DNA of 64,000 nucleotides from a virus (IMGVR_UViG_3300020120_000046:720-64719), one strand, 5' to 3'. Numbered from the stretch's first letter, positions 1 through 9,382 are shown. A program made the numbers and translations. The notes: a model not told the origin generated them from the sequence alone.

Positions 1-1
1 C

Positions 2-403
2 GTCATTCTCTGCCCCGGAGGATGGGGCTTTACCGTATTCGGGCTCAACATCGACAACGCCTTGTGGTGCGGGAATTTCGACCCAGCGCTCCATACCTTC
101 GCGGACGATGCGGAGCTAGCCCGGAACGGCATTGCCCGTGGGCTTATCTGGCGGATGCACTGCGACGTCTGGATCGAGCAGATGAACAACCGCTACGATC
201 CGGGCGGCATGAACTCCCTCTTTGGCGAGGACGTAGATAAGCGGCGCGAGTCTGAGAAGGACAACCTGACCCTCCTCTACTCGCGCTGGCCCGACTACGT
301 TGCTCCTCCAGACAAGAAATACCGGATGTCCTGGAGCAAGATGCTAACCGACTACATCCCGGACTGGAAGGCCCGGAGCGCTCTCCACGGAGGCTCGCTA
401 TGA
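2..403 (+). CDS. 5'-truncated ORF, probable C-terminus of a GT2-like glycosyltransferase
   Basis: Frame open from nt 2 (VILCPGGWGFTVFGLNIDNALWCGNFDPALHTFADDAELARNG). GNFDP..F.DD.EL resembles the GT-A 'GGFDE.F..ED.DL' segment. Confidence 0.45.
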   Translation, partial: VILCPGGWGFTVFGLNIDNALWCGNFDPALHTFADDAELARNGIARGLIWRMHCDVWIEQMNNRYDPGGMNSLFGEDVDKRRESEKDNLTLLYSRWPDYVAPPDKKYRMSWSKMLTDYIPDWKARSALHGGSL

Positions 404-540
404 CCGACTGGACCGGAGGCCCGGACCCGGAGTACAACCAGGAGCTGAACTCAGACTGGGGACCGGATGAGGTCCGGGATGCGGATGAGCGCGGGAGCCG
501 CGCGCCGGATCACCGCGTCAACGTCCCGGAGACGGCCTAG
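400..540 (+). CDS. small acidic hypothetical protein (46 aa)
   Basis: ATGA overlap with the upstream stop; MTDWTGGPDPEYNQELNSDW...ETA*. Confidence 0.45.
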   Translation: MTDWTGGPDPEYNQELNSDWGPDEVRDADERGSRAPDHRVNVPETA

Positions 541-551
541 GACGGACTCCG

Positions 552-590
552 GAGCCCGCGCGGCTACCTCGCCTCGCCTCGCGGGCTCCG
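552..590 (+). terminator. GC-rich hairpin whose loop carries CCTCGCCTCGCCT
   Basis: GGAGCCCGCG (552-561) pairs with CGCGGGCTCC (581-590), just after a stop codon. Confidence 0.55.
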
Positions 591-644
591 GCCCGGCTCC
601 GGCCGTCCTAGAGCCCTGCAGAACGGGTAGCCAGCGGTCTCAAT

Positions 645-692
645 CTCGGGTAGACTTGAGACGCAAGGCGAGGCGAGAGGCGAGGCGAAGTG
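645..692 (+). promoter_or_regulatory. sigma70/HrdB-type promoter (GGG-TAGACT) and GGCGAG-repeat leader for the helicase
   Basis: CTCGGG TAGACT TG at 651-656 is identical to the -10 context at 59320; followed by AAGGCGAGGCGAGAGGCGAGGCGAA-GTG. Confidence 0.6.
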
Positions 693-2639
693 GAAGCCGA
701 GATCACCACGGACGGGAAACGGATTCTGGCGCGTATCCCGTATGCGAACGGCTCCGGCCCGAAGTGGGCTAAGAAGGTCCCCGGAGCGCGGGCCGAGTGG
801 GACAAGACCGGGCCCAAGGATGAGTTCAAGGGCTGGAGCTACCCGCTTACGATGGACACCTGCCGGGGATTCCGGAAGGTCTTTGGCGATGAGCTTTCCG
901 TCCTCCCGGCTCTGACCCGCTGGGCCAGGGCTCAGGTTGAGGTAGAGGAGACGGTTGAGGCCGCCCGTGAAGAGCTGATCAGCGAGGCGACCTTTGCGCT
1001 ACTCGCGGACGAGGCTCCGGACCTTATCAAGGCGATGCGTAACCGGCCGTACCAGGTAGCTGGAGCTGCCGCGATGCTCGCGGCGCGGAACTTCATCCTA
1101 GGCGACGATCCCGGACTAGGCAAGACGCTCCAGACGCTCGCCGCGCTAGTCGAGTCAGACTCCAAGACCATTCTGGTCGGCTGCCGGAAGTCCGCTATGC
1201 GGACCGTGTGGGAGCGCGAGACTCTGCGGTGGACTCCCGGAATCGCTACCTTTGTCGTCCAGGGTACCCGCGCGGAGCGCGAGGCGATCATGGAGGAGTT
1301 CGCGAACTTCCCCACGACGATCCCTGGAATCCGCAAGATGCTGATTATCAATATCGAGATGATCCGCGCCAAGCGGCTAGAGATCTGCCCGGACGCTAAG
1401 GCGGATGGGAAATGCCCCTACAATCAGTGGACCCGGCCGCGCGACCATAAGCACTCATTCGAGTTTGACGCTTTGTGGCCCCAGCTATTCGAGCAGACCT
1501 GGGATGCGATCGTCCTTGACGAAAGCCATAACCTCCTCGCGTCAACCGCGAACTACCAGTCCAAGCGGATTACCCAGGGCCGGTACGGAGCCGTTATGCT
1601 CCAGATGCGGTGCCTCCGGGAAGGCGGCCTGACGCTCGCGCTCTCCGGGACTCCGTTCCGCTCTAAGCTTGAGAAGGCGTGGGGAACGCTTAACTGGGTC
1701 CGCCGTGACGTATTCGGCTCGTACTGGAAATGGGCGGACATTCACTTCGGAGTCGAGCAGGGCCAGTACTCCAAGATTGTCGGAGGCGGCGCAAAGGTCC
1801 TCAAGCCAAAGGACGAGGAAGCCTGGGACCGGATGCTCCGTCCGCATTACCTCAAGCGGACCAAGGCCGTAGCGGCTCCGGACCTCCCGCCCATTATGTA
1901 CGCGGGTACTCCGCTAGCGGACAACCCGGACGGCGGGAACTACGTCCAGCTAGAGATGGACGAGGAGCAGGCCCGGATCTACAAAGAGATGGAGGAAGAG
2001 GCCGAGGCAGAGCTGGAAGGCCGGACGATCACGGCGACGGGTACGCTCCCGGAGATCACCCGGCTCCGCCAGTTCGCGAACGCGGCCGGGCGAGTAGGCG
2101 ACGGCCGGGAAGTCCTCCCGGCTCTCCCATCGAACAAGCTGGAGTGGCTCGTAGAGTTTATGCAGGAGCGGGAGGGTACCGGGGCTAAGGTCGTGGTGGC
2201 CAGCTCGTTTACGGCGATCGTAGAGCTTGCCGCTGCTACTCTCCGGAAGGAAGGCTTTGAGGTCCTGACGCTAACCGGTGCGACTAAGGACCGGGACCGG
2301 GCGGACCTCGTGGCGAGGTTCCAGGACCCCAATGACTCGCTCCAGGTAGTCTGCCTAAACCGGATGGCCGGAGGCGAGTCGATTACCCTTGACGCGGCCG
2401 ATGAGATGGTCGTTATCGACCAGCCCTGGATCTCCGACCAGGATGAGCAGCTTGAGGCGCGTATCCACCGCGTCTCGCGGATTCACCAGGTTACCGTTTA
2501 CCGGCTGATCTCGCTGGGGACGGTTGATGAGTGGATGGCCTCCCTGACGACGGAGCAGCGCGCGGTAGTCGCGACGGCGAGCCCGCGTAAGCTCTCAGAG
2601 CTAATGCGCGAGGCCCGGACGGAAAGGAAGGCGGCATGA
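690..2639 (+). CDS. SNF2-family (SF2) DNA helicase
   Basis: LGDDPGLGKT (motif I), IVLDESH (DExH), ALSGTP, GGESITLDAAD and EQLEARIHR (motifs V/VI). Confidence 0.92.
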   Translation: MEAEITTDGKRILARIPYANGSGPKWAKKVPGARAEWDKTGPKDEFKGWSYPLTMDTCRGFRKVFGDELSVLPALTRWARAQVEVEETVEAAREELISEATFALLADEAPDLIKAMRNRPYQVAGAAAMLAARNFILGDDPGLGKTLQTLAALVESDSKTILVGCRKSAMRTVWERETLRWTPGIATFVVQGTRAEREAIMEEFANFPTTIPGIRKMLIINIEMIRAKRLEICPDAKADGKCPYNQWTRPRDHKHSFEFDALWPQLFEQTWDAIVLDESHNLLASTANYQSKRITQGRYGAVMLQMRCLREGGLTLALSGTPFRSKLEKAWGTLNWVRRDVFGSYWKWADIHFGVEQGQYSKIVGGGAKVLKPKDEEAWDRMLRPHYLKRTKAVAAPDLPPIMYAGTPLADNPDGGNYVQLEMDEEQARIYKEMEEEAEAELEGRTITATGTLPEITRLRQFANAAGRVGDGREVLPALPSNKLEWLVEFMQEREGTGAKVVVASSFTAIVELAAATLRKEGFEVLTLTGATKDRDRADLVARFQDPNDSLQVVCLNRMAGGESITLDAADEMVVIDQPWISDQDEQLEARIHRVSRIHQVTVYRLISLGTVDEWMASLTTEQRAVVATASPRKLSELMREARTERKAA

Positions 2640-2851
2640 TAAGCACGCCCCGGATCTGCCAGATGTGCGGGGAGTTCCTCCCGCACTACTGCGCCGCTAC
2701 CGTCCGGATAACGATTGTCCGGCTCCGGCCGAGCCAGGGCCAGCGGACCCGCTGGAGGAAGACCATAATTATCCAGGATCGGATGCCGCCATACCGGGAG
2801 GCCCGGAGTACGCTAATAACAACGACCAGGAGAGGCTGGGAGATATCATGA
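2636..2851 (+). CDS. hypothetical protein with CxxC
   Basis: ATGA overlap with the helicase stop; CQMC...HYC. Confidence 0.5.
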   Translation: MISTPRICQMCGEFLPHYCAATVRITIVRLRPSQGQRTRWRKTIIIQDRMPPYREARSTLITTTRRGWEIS

Positions 2852-3159
2852 GTGAGTGGGCGGAATTCGCGCGGCACCGGGACCGTATCCGGCAGGGCGA
2901 GCGGATCAGGGGCAAGGTAGGGCTTACCACAGAACAAGAGTGGGACTGGTATGATTCCGTGGGGCTCGCGCTCCGGATTATCGGCCGGGACTGGCGCGAC
3001 GATCTTACAGACGAGGAGGACGCTTTTGTCCTCGCGTTCGCGGACGAGATAGGACCCAGGCCGGAATGCGAACTTCCCTGTGGTCCTTGCTCCTCCGCTG
3101 CGGGCGAGGAGATTTACCACGGAGCCCTAGGCTGTCCTAGGCCGGAGCGCGAGCGATGA
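2848..3159 (+). CDS. hypothetical protein
   Basis: ATGA overlap start MSEWAEFARH; C-terminal C/H cluster CELPCGPC...H...C. Confidence 0.55.
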   Translation: MSEWAEFARHRDRIRQGERIRGKVGLTTEQEWDWYDSVGLALRIIGRDWRDDLTDEEDAFVLAFADEIGPRPECELPCGPCSSAAGEEIYHGALGCPRPERER

Positions 3160-3269
3160 GAGGCCAGAAGAGCCCGTGGGGCCAGAGCGTTGTCGTATTC
3201 GTCGCCTTCTGGCTCGCGGCGGCACTCCTCTGTATCGGGCTCCCGCTTTACCTAACCAGGGGCCACTAA
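3156..3269 (+). CDS. small single-TM protein (37 aa)
   Basis: ATGA and TAATG overlaps on the two sides; VVVFVAFWLAAALLCIGLPLYL. Confidence 0.5.
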   Translation: MRGQKSPWGQSVVVFVAFWLAAALLCIGLPLYLTRGH

Positions 3270-4144
3270 TGCCGTGGGGCGGGATGCGGACGGTAACGAA
3301 CGCTCCGCGTCATCCTCGCGAGGTCCGGGAGCGAATGGAGGTTGAGGGAGTTATGATCCCGCTAACCGGCGAGCAGGCCCTGCTCCGGCTAACCCTGGAC
3401 TGCCGGTTCCCGGAGGAGAAGGCGCGACGGCTCCTGAATATCGCCTGGGAGTTCGGCCAGAAAGCGGAGCCGTATCCTGGGGGCTATGTTCATATCTGGT
3501 ACCACGGACAGGAGGATACCACCCATATTTTCTCGGTGATAGAGCACTTCGGGAATTCGCAGCCGGGAAAAGTAGCGCCGAAGAATGCCCCGCGCTATAA
3601 TCAGAGTAGGACTAAAACGCCACGCCGGGAATCCGGGACGGCGGAACCACCCAAACCGAAGGGAAAAACTGCTATGCCTCCGACCAAGAGGACCCGCCAG
3701 GCCGCTGCCCCGGAGCCGGAGCCGACCGACGAGGTTGACTTCACCAAGTACGTCGCCAAGGAATTCAGCCCGACCATGAAGGACTACATCGAGTGGTTCG
3801 AGCAGAACGTGGCCAGCCTGGACGACCTGGAGGTGGACCGGATTCTGGTCCTGGGCGTCTCGATGTACTCCCACTTCCAGAAGTCCGACTTCAACATCGA
3901 CCGGCGCGAAGCGCGGCGCGCGGAGCGTGCCCAGGCCGGGGACGCGGAGGCGGACGCTAAGCCTCCGGCCCGGACCCGTACAGGCTCCGCGTCCGCGAAG
4001 CCCGCTCCGGCCCGTACGGCTCGTGCCGGTGCTGCTTCCGGCCGCGCGGCCGGCAACGGGAAGCCTCCGGCCCGCTCCGGCAAGACCACCAAGACCCGCG
4101 CAGCGGCCGGAGCGGCTGCCGCTGGCGGTGACGCTCCCTTCTAA
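3269..4144 (+). CDS. hypothetical protein with basic Ala/Arg/Lys tail ending DAPF; probable internal start at 3674
   Basis: TAATG-coupled start; internal TATAAT (3596-3601) and GAAGGGA RBS before in-frame ATG 3674. Confidence 0.7.
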   Translation: MPWGGMRTVTNAPRHPREVRERMEVEGVMIPLTGEQALLRLTLDCRFPEEKARRLLNIAWEFGQKAEPYPGGYVHIWYHGQEDTTHIFSVIEHFGNSQPGKVAPKNAPRYNQSRTKTPRRESGTAEPPKPKGKTAMPPTKRTRQAAAPEPEPTDEVDFTKYVAKEFSPTMKDYIEWFEQNVASLDDLEVDRILVLGVSMYSHFQKSDFNIDRREARRAERAQAGDAEADAKPPARTRTGSASAKPAPARTARAGAASGRAAGNGKPPARSGKTTKTRAAAGAAAAGGDAPF

Positions 4145-4163
4145 CCCTCGCTCCCCAGAGACG

Positions 4164-4205
4164 CCAGGCCCGGTCCGGTATCCACCCCCCACCGACCGGG
4201 CCTGG
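4164..4205 (+). terminator. intrinsic terminator-like hairpin
   Basis: CCAGGCCCGGTC (4164-4175) / GACCGGGCCTGG (4194-4205), followed by CCCTTCT. Confidence 0.6.
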
Positions 4206-4307
4206 CCCTTCTGGTCCCTACCCGGAAGGGTAAAACCGCGAAAGCCTCCCTGAACATACAGGGGAAGTCCGGGTAGGGTCCAGAGGGTAAACGAGAGAGG
4301 CGAGGAA

Positions 4308-5456
4308 ATGACGGCGATAGATCTAGGGCTCCCTACAATCCGTACCTCGGAGCGCGCGGCCGCAAAGCGGTGCCCCTGGCGATGGTGGCAGGAATACCGG
4401 GAAGGCTGGCAGCCGCGCTATAGGCAAGCCGACGCACTCTGGTTCGGAATCGGCATTCACGAGGCCCTATCCCAGTGGTACCTAAAGGGCAAGCGGCGAG
4501 GCCCGCATCCGGCCGAGACGTTTGAGGCCTGGTGCGGCGACGAGATAGCCTATGCGAAGTCCTGGCTGGACGATAACTTTGAGGAGCCCGTCTGGTACGA
4601 GGCCAAGGACCTCGGAGTGACGATGCTAGAGGGATATGTGGACCTCTGGGGCAAGGACCCCCAGTGGTCCATCATTGCGACGGAGCAGCCATTCGCCGTT
4701 ACCATTACGAGCCATGGCCGGCCTGTGGCTATCTTCCGCTCGCGCTGGGATGGAGTATTCCGGGACCTCCGAAACGGTAAGGTCTACCTGCTCGAAACCA
4801 AGACGGCCTCATCCATCGATACGGCCTACCTTGAGCTTGACGATCAGGCCGGGAGTTACTGGGCCGTCGCAACCCTCCTCCTCCGCAAGGCCGGAGTCCT
4901 CAAGAAGGGCGAGGAGATTGAGGGCATCCAGTATAACTTCCTCCGCAAGAAGATGCCGGATGAGCGGCCGGTAAACGCTGACGGCCTCGCGACGAATACG
5001 CCGACAAAAGAGCATTACCTGGAAGCGCTCCAGCTAGCCGGTATCCGGTTTGTCGAGCAGTCGAGTCCAAAGAGCGGTCCGATCGCCATCGAGAAGGCCA
5101 AGGTTGGCGATCTCAAGGTAGCCGCTAACTTTGCCGGGCTTGAGGTATTCGGAGAGGTAAGCAAAGTCCAGCCCACTCCGCTATTTGAGCGGCCAGAGCC
5201 AATCCTCCGGTCAGGTCCGGAATGCGCCACTCAGCTCCAGCGGATTGCGGACGAAGTAGAGGTCATGAATGCCTACCGTCGCGGTGACCTCCCGCTCATA
5301 AAGACTCCGGCAAAAGACTGCCCGCGCTGTCCCTTGTGGGGTCCCTGCCGGCTCCACGAGCGCGGTAGCGATTCGTACCTGTCCGTACTAGAATCGAATT
5401 ACGTCCGGGTTGATCCCTATAAGGATGACCTGAAGAGCGCGAGCGGATACGCCTAA
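4308..5456 (+). CDS. Cas4/RecB-like PD-(D/E)XK exonuclease
   Basis: N-terminal KRCPWRW, DGVFRD...LLETKT catalytic motif, C-terminal CPRCPLWGPC (1+3 Cys Fe-S pattern). Confidence 0.85.
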   Translation: MTAIDLGLPTIRTSERAAAKRCPWRWWQEYREGWQPRYRQADALWFGIGIHEALSQWYLKGKRRGPHPAETFEAWCGDEIAYAKSWLDDNFEEPVWYEAKDLGVTMLEGYVDLWGKDPQWSIIATEQPFAVTITSHGRPVAIFRSRWDGVFRDLRNGKVYLLETKTASSIDTAYLELDDQAGSYWAVATLLLRKAGVLKKGEEIEGIQYNFLRKKMPDERPVNADGLATNTPTKEHYLEALQLAGIRFVEQSSPKSGPIAIEKAKVGDLKVAANFAGLEVFGEVSKVQPTPLFERPEPILRSGPECATQLQRIADEVEVMNAYRRGDLPLIKTPAKDCPRCPLWGPCRLHERGSDSYLSVLESNYVRVDPYKDDLKSASGYA

Positions 5457-5471
5457 ACGGAAGGCAAGGAA

Positions 5472-6410
5472 ATGCCCCCAGCGAGGACCCCAGCATCTAC
5501 CCGTCCCAAGGCCGTCCAGCAGCGCCAGCGGCGGCAGACCGCGAAGCAGGAGGCGGAAGCTCCCCAGATGCTAATGGAGGCGACCGTTGAGATAACGGAA
5601 GTCCCCCTGGCTTATCACCAGCCTCCGGTCAAGATCCTCCTCTATGGCCCGCCCGGAGTCGGCAAAACCCGGCTAGCGGGTGGCGCGCCGCGAGCGGTAT
5701 TCCTCTCGACGGAGATTGAGGGTGCCGTCTCCGCAAAGGTAGCGGGCTCGCAAGCCCGGCTCTGGCCCGCGCCAACGTGGGAGCACGCCGTGGCCGGCGT
5801 CAAGAAGGGAGTCAAAGAGCTAGGCGAGGACGACTGGCTGATCGTGGACTCCGGAACGCGCATGCAGGAAATGTATATGCGCTGGATCCTCAAGACGATC
5901 AACGCCAAGAACCCGGCTCGCGACCTCGACATCCCGGCCATCAAGGACCACCAGAAGTACCAGAACGGATTCAAGCGCTGGGTCGATATGCTTATCGACG
6001 GCCCCATGAACGTCATCTTTATTTGCAACTCGATGAATGCGGAGGACGCGGAAGGCGAACCGCGCGTAATCCCCTTGCTGCTCGGCAAGAAGGGCGAGAT
6101 ATCCGACTACATTTCGGCTCAGTTCGGTATCGCGCTATATTACTCCGTAGCGCGTGAGTCGCGGGAGGCGGATGCGATAGGGCCGGAGATCGTCCGGCGA
6201 GTCCTAGCCCAGCCGTTCCCTCCGTGGTTCGCCAAGGACCGCTATGACGCTCTCGGAGCCTATCAGGACGTAGGCTACAAGGACGACACGGCGATGGCCC
6301 GGATGATTGACGACATCCAGAAAGCCCGGAAGGAAATTGGAAACCTCCCTGACCGTTCTAGCCGACCCAGACGTCCAGCCGGACGGGTGGCTGGTAAAAC
6401 ACGTCGGTAA
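5472..6410 (+). CDS. Sak4-like/AAA_24 RecA-fold ATPase (single-strand annealing)
   Basis: LLYGPPGVGKT Walker A, LIVDS Walker B; lies between an exonuclease and an SSB-like gene. Confidence 0.8.
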   Translation: MPPARTPASTRPKAVQQRQRRQTAKQEAEAPQMLMEATVEITEVPLAYHQPPVKILLYGPPGVGKTRLAGGAPRAVFLSTEIEGAVSAKVAGSQARLWPAPTWEHAVAGVKKGVKELGEDDWLIVDSGTRMQEMYMRWILKTINAKNPARDLDIPAIKDHQKYQNGFKRWVDMLIDGPMNVIFICNSMNAEDAEGEPRVIPLLLGKKGEISDYISAQFGIALYYSVARESREADAIGPEIVRRVLAQPFPPWFAKDRYDALGAYQDVGYKDDTAMARMIDDIQKARKEIGNLPDRSSRPRRPAGRVAGKTRR

Positions 6411-6509
6411 GCGGCATCCGTATCTGCGGTACGTAACGAGAGGAGAGCATGCGGCGGATCATCGGCTCAATCCCGAAAGGCAAGACCACGAACACGAAAG
6501 GCGATAGGA

Positions 6510-7403
6510 ATGCCAAAGCTACGCGATACTGCTGATCTCGACGTTGATGCCCTTGAGGCAGTCGAGTATTCCACTGAGCGCTATTCCGACTACGCGGGCG
6601 AGATCCCGCCCATCGGCCTGGAGCTTTCCGGCTACGTCAAGAAGATCTGGTGGACCCGGAGCGCCAACGACGATCCCATGCTCAAGGTCCTCTGGATCGC
6701 GGACGGAAACGAGGGTGACGCGGAGGAGTACAACGGCTGCCCGTTCTGGCTCAACGCCGCGCTCATCCCTGGCGCCAAGTTCCGCTGGGACCCGTTCCTC
6801 CTCGCGTACGGCCTCACGCTCCTGGAGGTCAAGACCAAAACGTACGTCGCGAAGGAAGAGGACTCCAAGGGATTCATCATCGAACGGATCGGCACCTGGA
6901 AGCCCGGAGCCGACCGGGACGAGGCCTGGTGCCGGATCATCACCGGCCAGGAGCCCTACAACGGCTCCATTCAGGCCATCGCAGAAGAATGGCTCCCCTG
7001 GGATTACGAGCCGGACGATGAGGAGCCGGATGATGTGGAGGACGAGGCCGACCCGGACGAGGACGAGCCAGAGGATGAGGAGCCGGACGAGGACGAGCCG
7101 GACGAGGACGAGGACGATGATGAGGACGAGCCGGACGAGGCTCCGGCCGTAACTCCGGCGCGAGCCCGCAGGGCTTCTGGCCGGGCGGCCGGTAGCGCTC
7201 GCGCTGCCCAGCCCGCTCGCGCCGCTAGGACGGCCTCTAAGCCCGCGAACGCGAAGACCGGGACGCGGACCCGCGCGAGCGCGGCTAAGGCCGCTCCGGC
7301 GCGTACGGCCCGCGCTAGCGCTACCTCCGGCCGGGCGGCCAAGACTCCGGCGCGGTCCACCCGGACTAAAAGGCGCGCAACCGACAACGACCCGCCATTC
7401 TGA
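6510..7403 (+). CDS. ssDNA-binding protein-like (DUF669-type position) with acidic tract and basic tail
   Basis: Follows Sak4-like gene; beta-rich N-domain, EPDE/D-rich tract, Ala/Arg tail, C-terminal DNDPPF resembling SSB tips. Confidence 0.65.
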   Translation: MPKLRDTADLDVDALEAVEYSTERYSDYAGEIPPIGLELSGYVKKIWWTRSANDDPMLKVLWIADGNEGDAEEYNGCPFWLNAALIPGAKFRWDPFLLAYGLTLLEVKTKTYVAKEEDSKGFIIERIGTWKPGADRDEAWCRIITGQEPYNGSIQAIAEEWLPWDYEPDDEEPDDVEDEADPDEDEPEDEEPDEDEPDEDEDDDEDEPDEAPAVTPARARRASGRAAGSARAAQPARAARTASKPANAKTGTRTRASAAKAAPARTARASATSGRAAKTPARSTRTKRRATDNDPPF

Positions 7404-7504
7404 GGATCTGGCGGCAACCGTCAAGCGGCTCCGTGAGGAGCTACATCAGGAGCTAATGGCCCAATCCTGGTCGGGAAAACGGCCAGGCTACTAGACGAGG
7501 AACC

Positions 7505-7648
7505 ATGACCGACTTCTCCAACCCGAACGGCGAGGATGGCGCAATGCCGAGCGTCGAGACTCTTGACCCATTCCTCTCCCGGCAGCCCAGCTCCATCGGG
7601 TTCTGCTCCTCGCCTCTCCCGAACAAGCACCAGATAGGCGATATCTAG
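7505..7648 (+). CDS. small hypothetical protein (47 aa)
   Basis: GAGGAACC-ATG; fills the gap before the oxidoreductase. Confidence 0.35.
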   Translation: MTDFSNPNGEDGAMPSVETLDPFLSRQPSSIGFCSSPLPNKHQIGDI

Positions 7649-7660
7649 GGAGGACCCGCC

Positions 7661-8482
7661 ATGTCCCGAGTAGTCATACTGGGATGTGGCCCGGCCGGAC
7701 TGGCGGCGGCTGCGGCCGCCGTCAGCTCCGGCCACGAGGCCATTATCATAAGCAATACTGACAAGCCATCGACGCAGTACGGAGCCCAGTACCTTCACGC
7801 TCCGGTTCCTGGATACGAGGACGTTCCCAAGGTCCGCGTTACCTACTCACTCAACGGTACGCCGGAGGAATACCGCAAGAAGGTCTACGGCGGACTGTGG
7901 ACCGGGAAGGTAAGCCCGGAGGACTTCGCCGGAGATCACGACGCCTGGGACATCCGCGCGACGTACGTGCGGCTCTGGGCCGACCTCATTAGCGGGCTCC
8001 GGGCCGGTCTCATCCAGAGGCAGATCAAGAATGGCGGCATCCCGTTTATCCGGAGCCTCCGGCCCGATCTAATCGTCTCAACCATTCCGGCTAAGGCCCT
8101 GTGCCAGAATCCGGGCCACGAGTTCCGGAGCCACGTGATCTACGCGGACGGCTCTACGTCATCCGTGACTATGCCGGACGATACGGTTATCTGTGACGGG
8201 ACGGAGGAGAATGCCTGGTACCGGATCAGTAGCGTGTTCGGGTACCGGACGACAGAATGGCCTGCCCGTCGCGTCCCTAGGCATTCCGGTGCAGTCCAGG
8301 TAGTCAAGCCGCTCTGGACCAACTGTAACTGCCACCCGGAAGTCCTCCGGGCCGGACGCTACGGGGCCTGGGAGAAAGCCCGGCTAGTCCACGAGGTATA
8401 CCCGGCCGTCCGCGAGGCCCTAGACGTCTGGAAGCATAAGGCCGGTACGGACCCGGAGGAGGAACGTCAGTGGAGGATGTAG
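7661..8482 (+). CDS. FAD-dependent oxidoreductase, UDP-galactopyranose-mutase/protoporphyrinogen-oxidase-like
   Basis: VVILGCGPAGL Rossmann motif, GAQYLH, C-terminal AGRYGAW. Confidence 0.7.
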   Translation: MSRVVILGCGPAGLAAAAAAVSSGHEAIIISNTDKPSTQYGAQYLHAPVPGYEDVPKVRVTYSLNGTPEEYRKKVYGGLWTGKVSPEDFAGDHDAWDIRATYVRLWADLISGLRAGLIQRQIKNGGIPFIRSLRPDLIVSTIPAKALCQNPGHEFRSHVIYADGSTSSVTMPDDTVICDGTEENAWYRISSVFGYRTTEWPARRVPRHSGAVQVVKPLWTNCNCHPEVLRAGRYGAWEKARLVHEVYPAVREALDVWKHKAGTDPEEERQWRM

Positions 8483-9141
8483 GGCCTTTCCGCTCGCGGG
8501 CTGACGCTCCGGTCGTGGCGCTTGACATCGACGGCACGATGGGGAACTATCACGCGCATTTCCTCTGGTTCGCCACCCACTGGTTTGGCCGGGAGTTCCC
8601 GCATCCCGAGGAGGTCAACCCCGGAATCCGGCTCTCCACCTTTATGGGGATTACCCACCGGGAGTACCGTGAGTGTAAGCTCGCCTACCGCCAGGGCGGC
8701 CTGAAGCGGTTTATGCCGGCGTACGAGGGAGCCGACCGGGTAACCCGGAGGATACGGAAGGCCGGAGCGCAGGTCTGGATCTGTACTACCCGGCCGTACC
8801 TCCGGCTAGACAACATTGACCCTGACACTCGCGAGTGGCTACGGCGGAACGGGATTCAGTATGACGCCGTGATCTGGGAAGGGATAGACGAGGACGATCC
8901 GACCAAGTATGCCGACCTCATTAATCAAGTCGGTACTGACCGGATCGTCGCCGTAGTTGAGGACCTCCCGGAGCAGATAGCCGACGCCCACAAGAACGGC
9001 ATTCAGACGGTCTATATGATGGACCAGCCGTATAACCGGGAGCCCGCGACTCCGGACGCATACCGCATTAGGGACCTAGATGAACTGTGGGGTAACCTAG
9101 AGGTAGACCTCAGTATCTGGTACGAGAACCACGGAGGCTAG
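8470..9141 (+). CDS. HAD-superfamily phosphatase (5'-nucleotidase/PNK-phosphatase-like)
   Basis: VVALDIDGT (DxD motif I), ICTTRP (motif II), VVEDLPEQI (motif IV). Confidence 0.8.
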   Translation: MEDVGPFRSRADAPVVALDIDGTMGNYHAHFLWFATHWFGREFPHPEEVNPGIRLSTFMGITHREYRECKLAYRQGGLKRFMPAYEGADRVTRRIRKAGAQVWICTTRPYLRLDNIDPDTREWLRRNGIQYDAVIWEGIDEDDPTKYADLINQVGTDRIVAVVEDLPEQIADAHKNGIQTVYMMDQPYNREPATPDAYRIRDLDELWGNLEVDLSIWYENHGG

Positions 9142-9142
9142 A

Positions 9143-9382
9143 ATGACAATGAAGGCAACGCTCCAGGAGCAAGCTGAGCTAATGGAAGAGGAGATAGCTC
9201 ATCTCCAGGATGAACTCCAAAAGGCTCGCGAGGAGCACGACAAGTTCGTCAACGAGTGCCTGGAGCGAATTCCGGAGAGCTACGACTGCGACGATGCCGG
9301 TGAGGCGATCGTCCTCAAGTTCATAGGGGACATGGATACGCTTGGCGGCCTCATCGCTAAGCTAACCTCTGGATTCCGCTAA
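9143..9382 (+). CDS. coiled-coil hypothetical protein
   Basis: ORF tightly packed between neighbours; heptad-like N-terminus. Confidence 0.55.
   Translation: MTMKATLQEQAELMEEEIAHLQDELQKAREEHDKFVNECLERIPESYDCDDAGEAIVLKFIGDMDTLGGLIAKLTSGFR

Noticed and set aside
4308-5456. Cas4-like gene as evidence of a CRISPR system
   Set aside because: No other cas genes and no repeat-spacer array; it sits in a standard exonuclease-Sak4-SSB recombination module.
3389-7424. Long antisense ORFs (3389-4192, 6519-7424; also 31590-32771, 49430-50086, 61716-62366)
   Set aside because: Shadow frames of GC-rich or repetitive real genes, with no RBS or motifs.
7395-7495. Alternative-frame extension HSEDLAATVKRLREEL... 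overlapping the SSB-like stop
   Set aside because: No start codon or slippery site, and the SSB-like protein already ends in a sensible DPPF tip.
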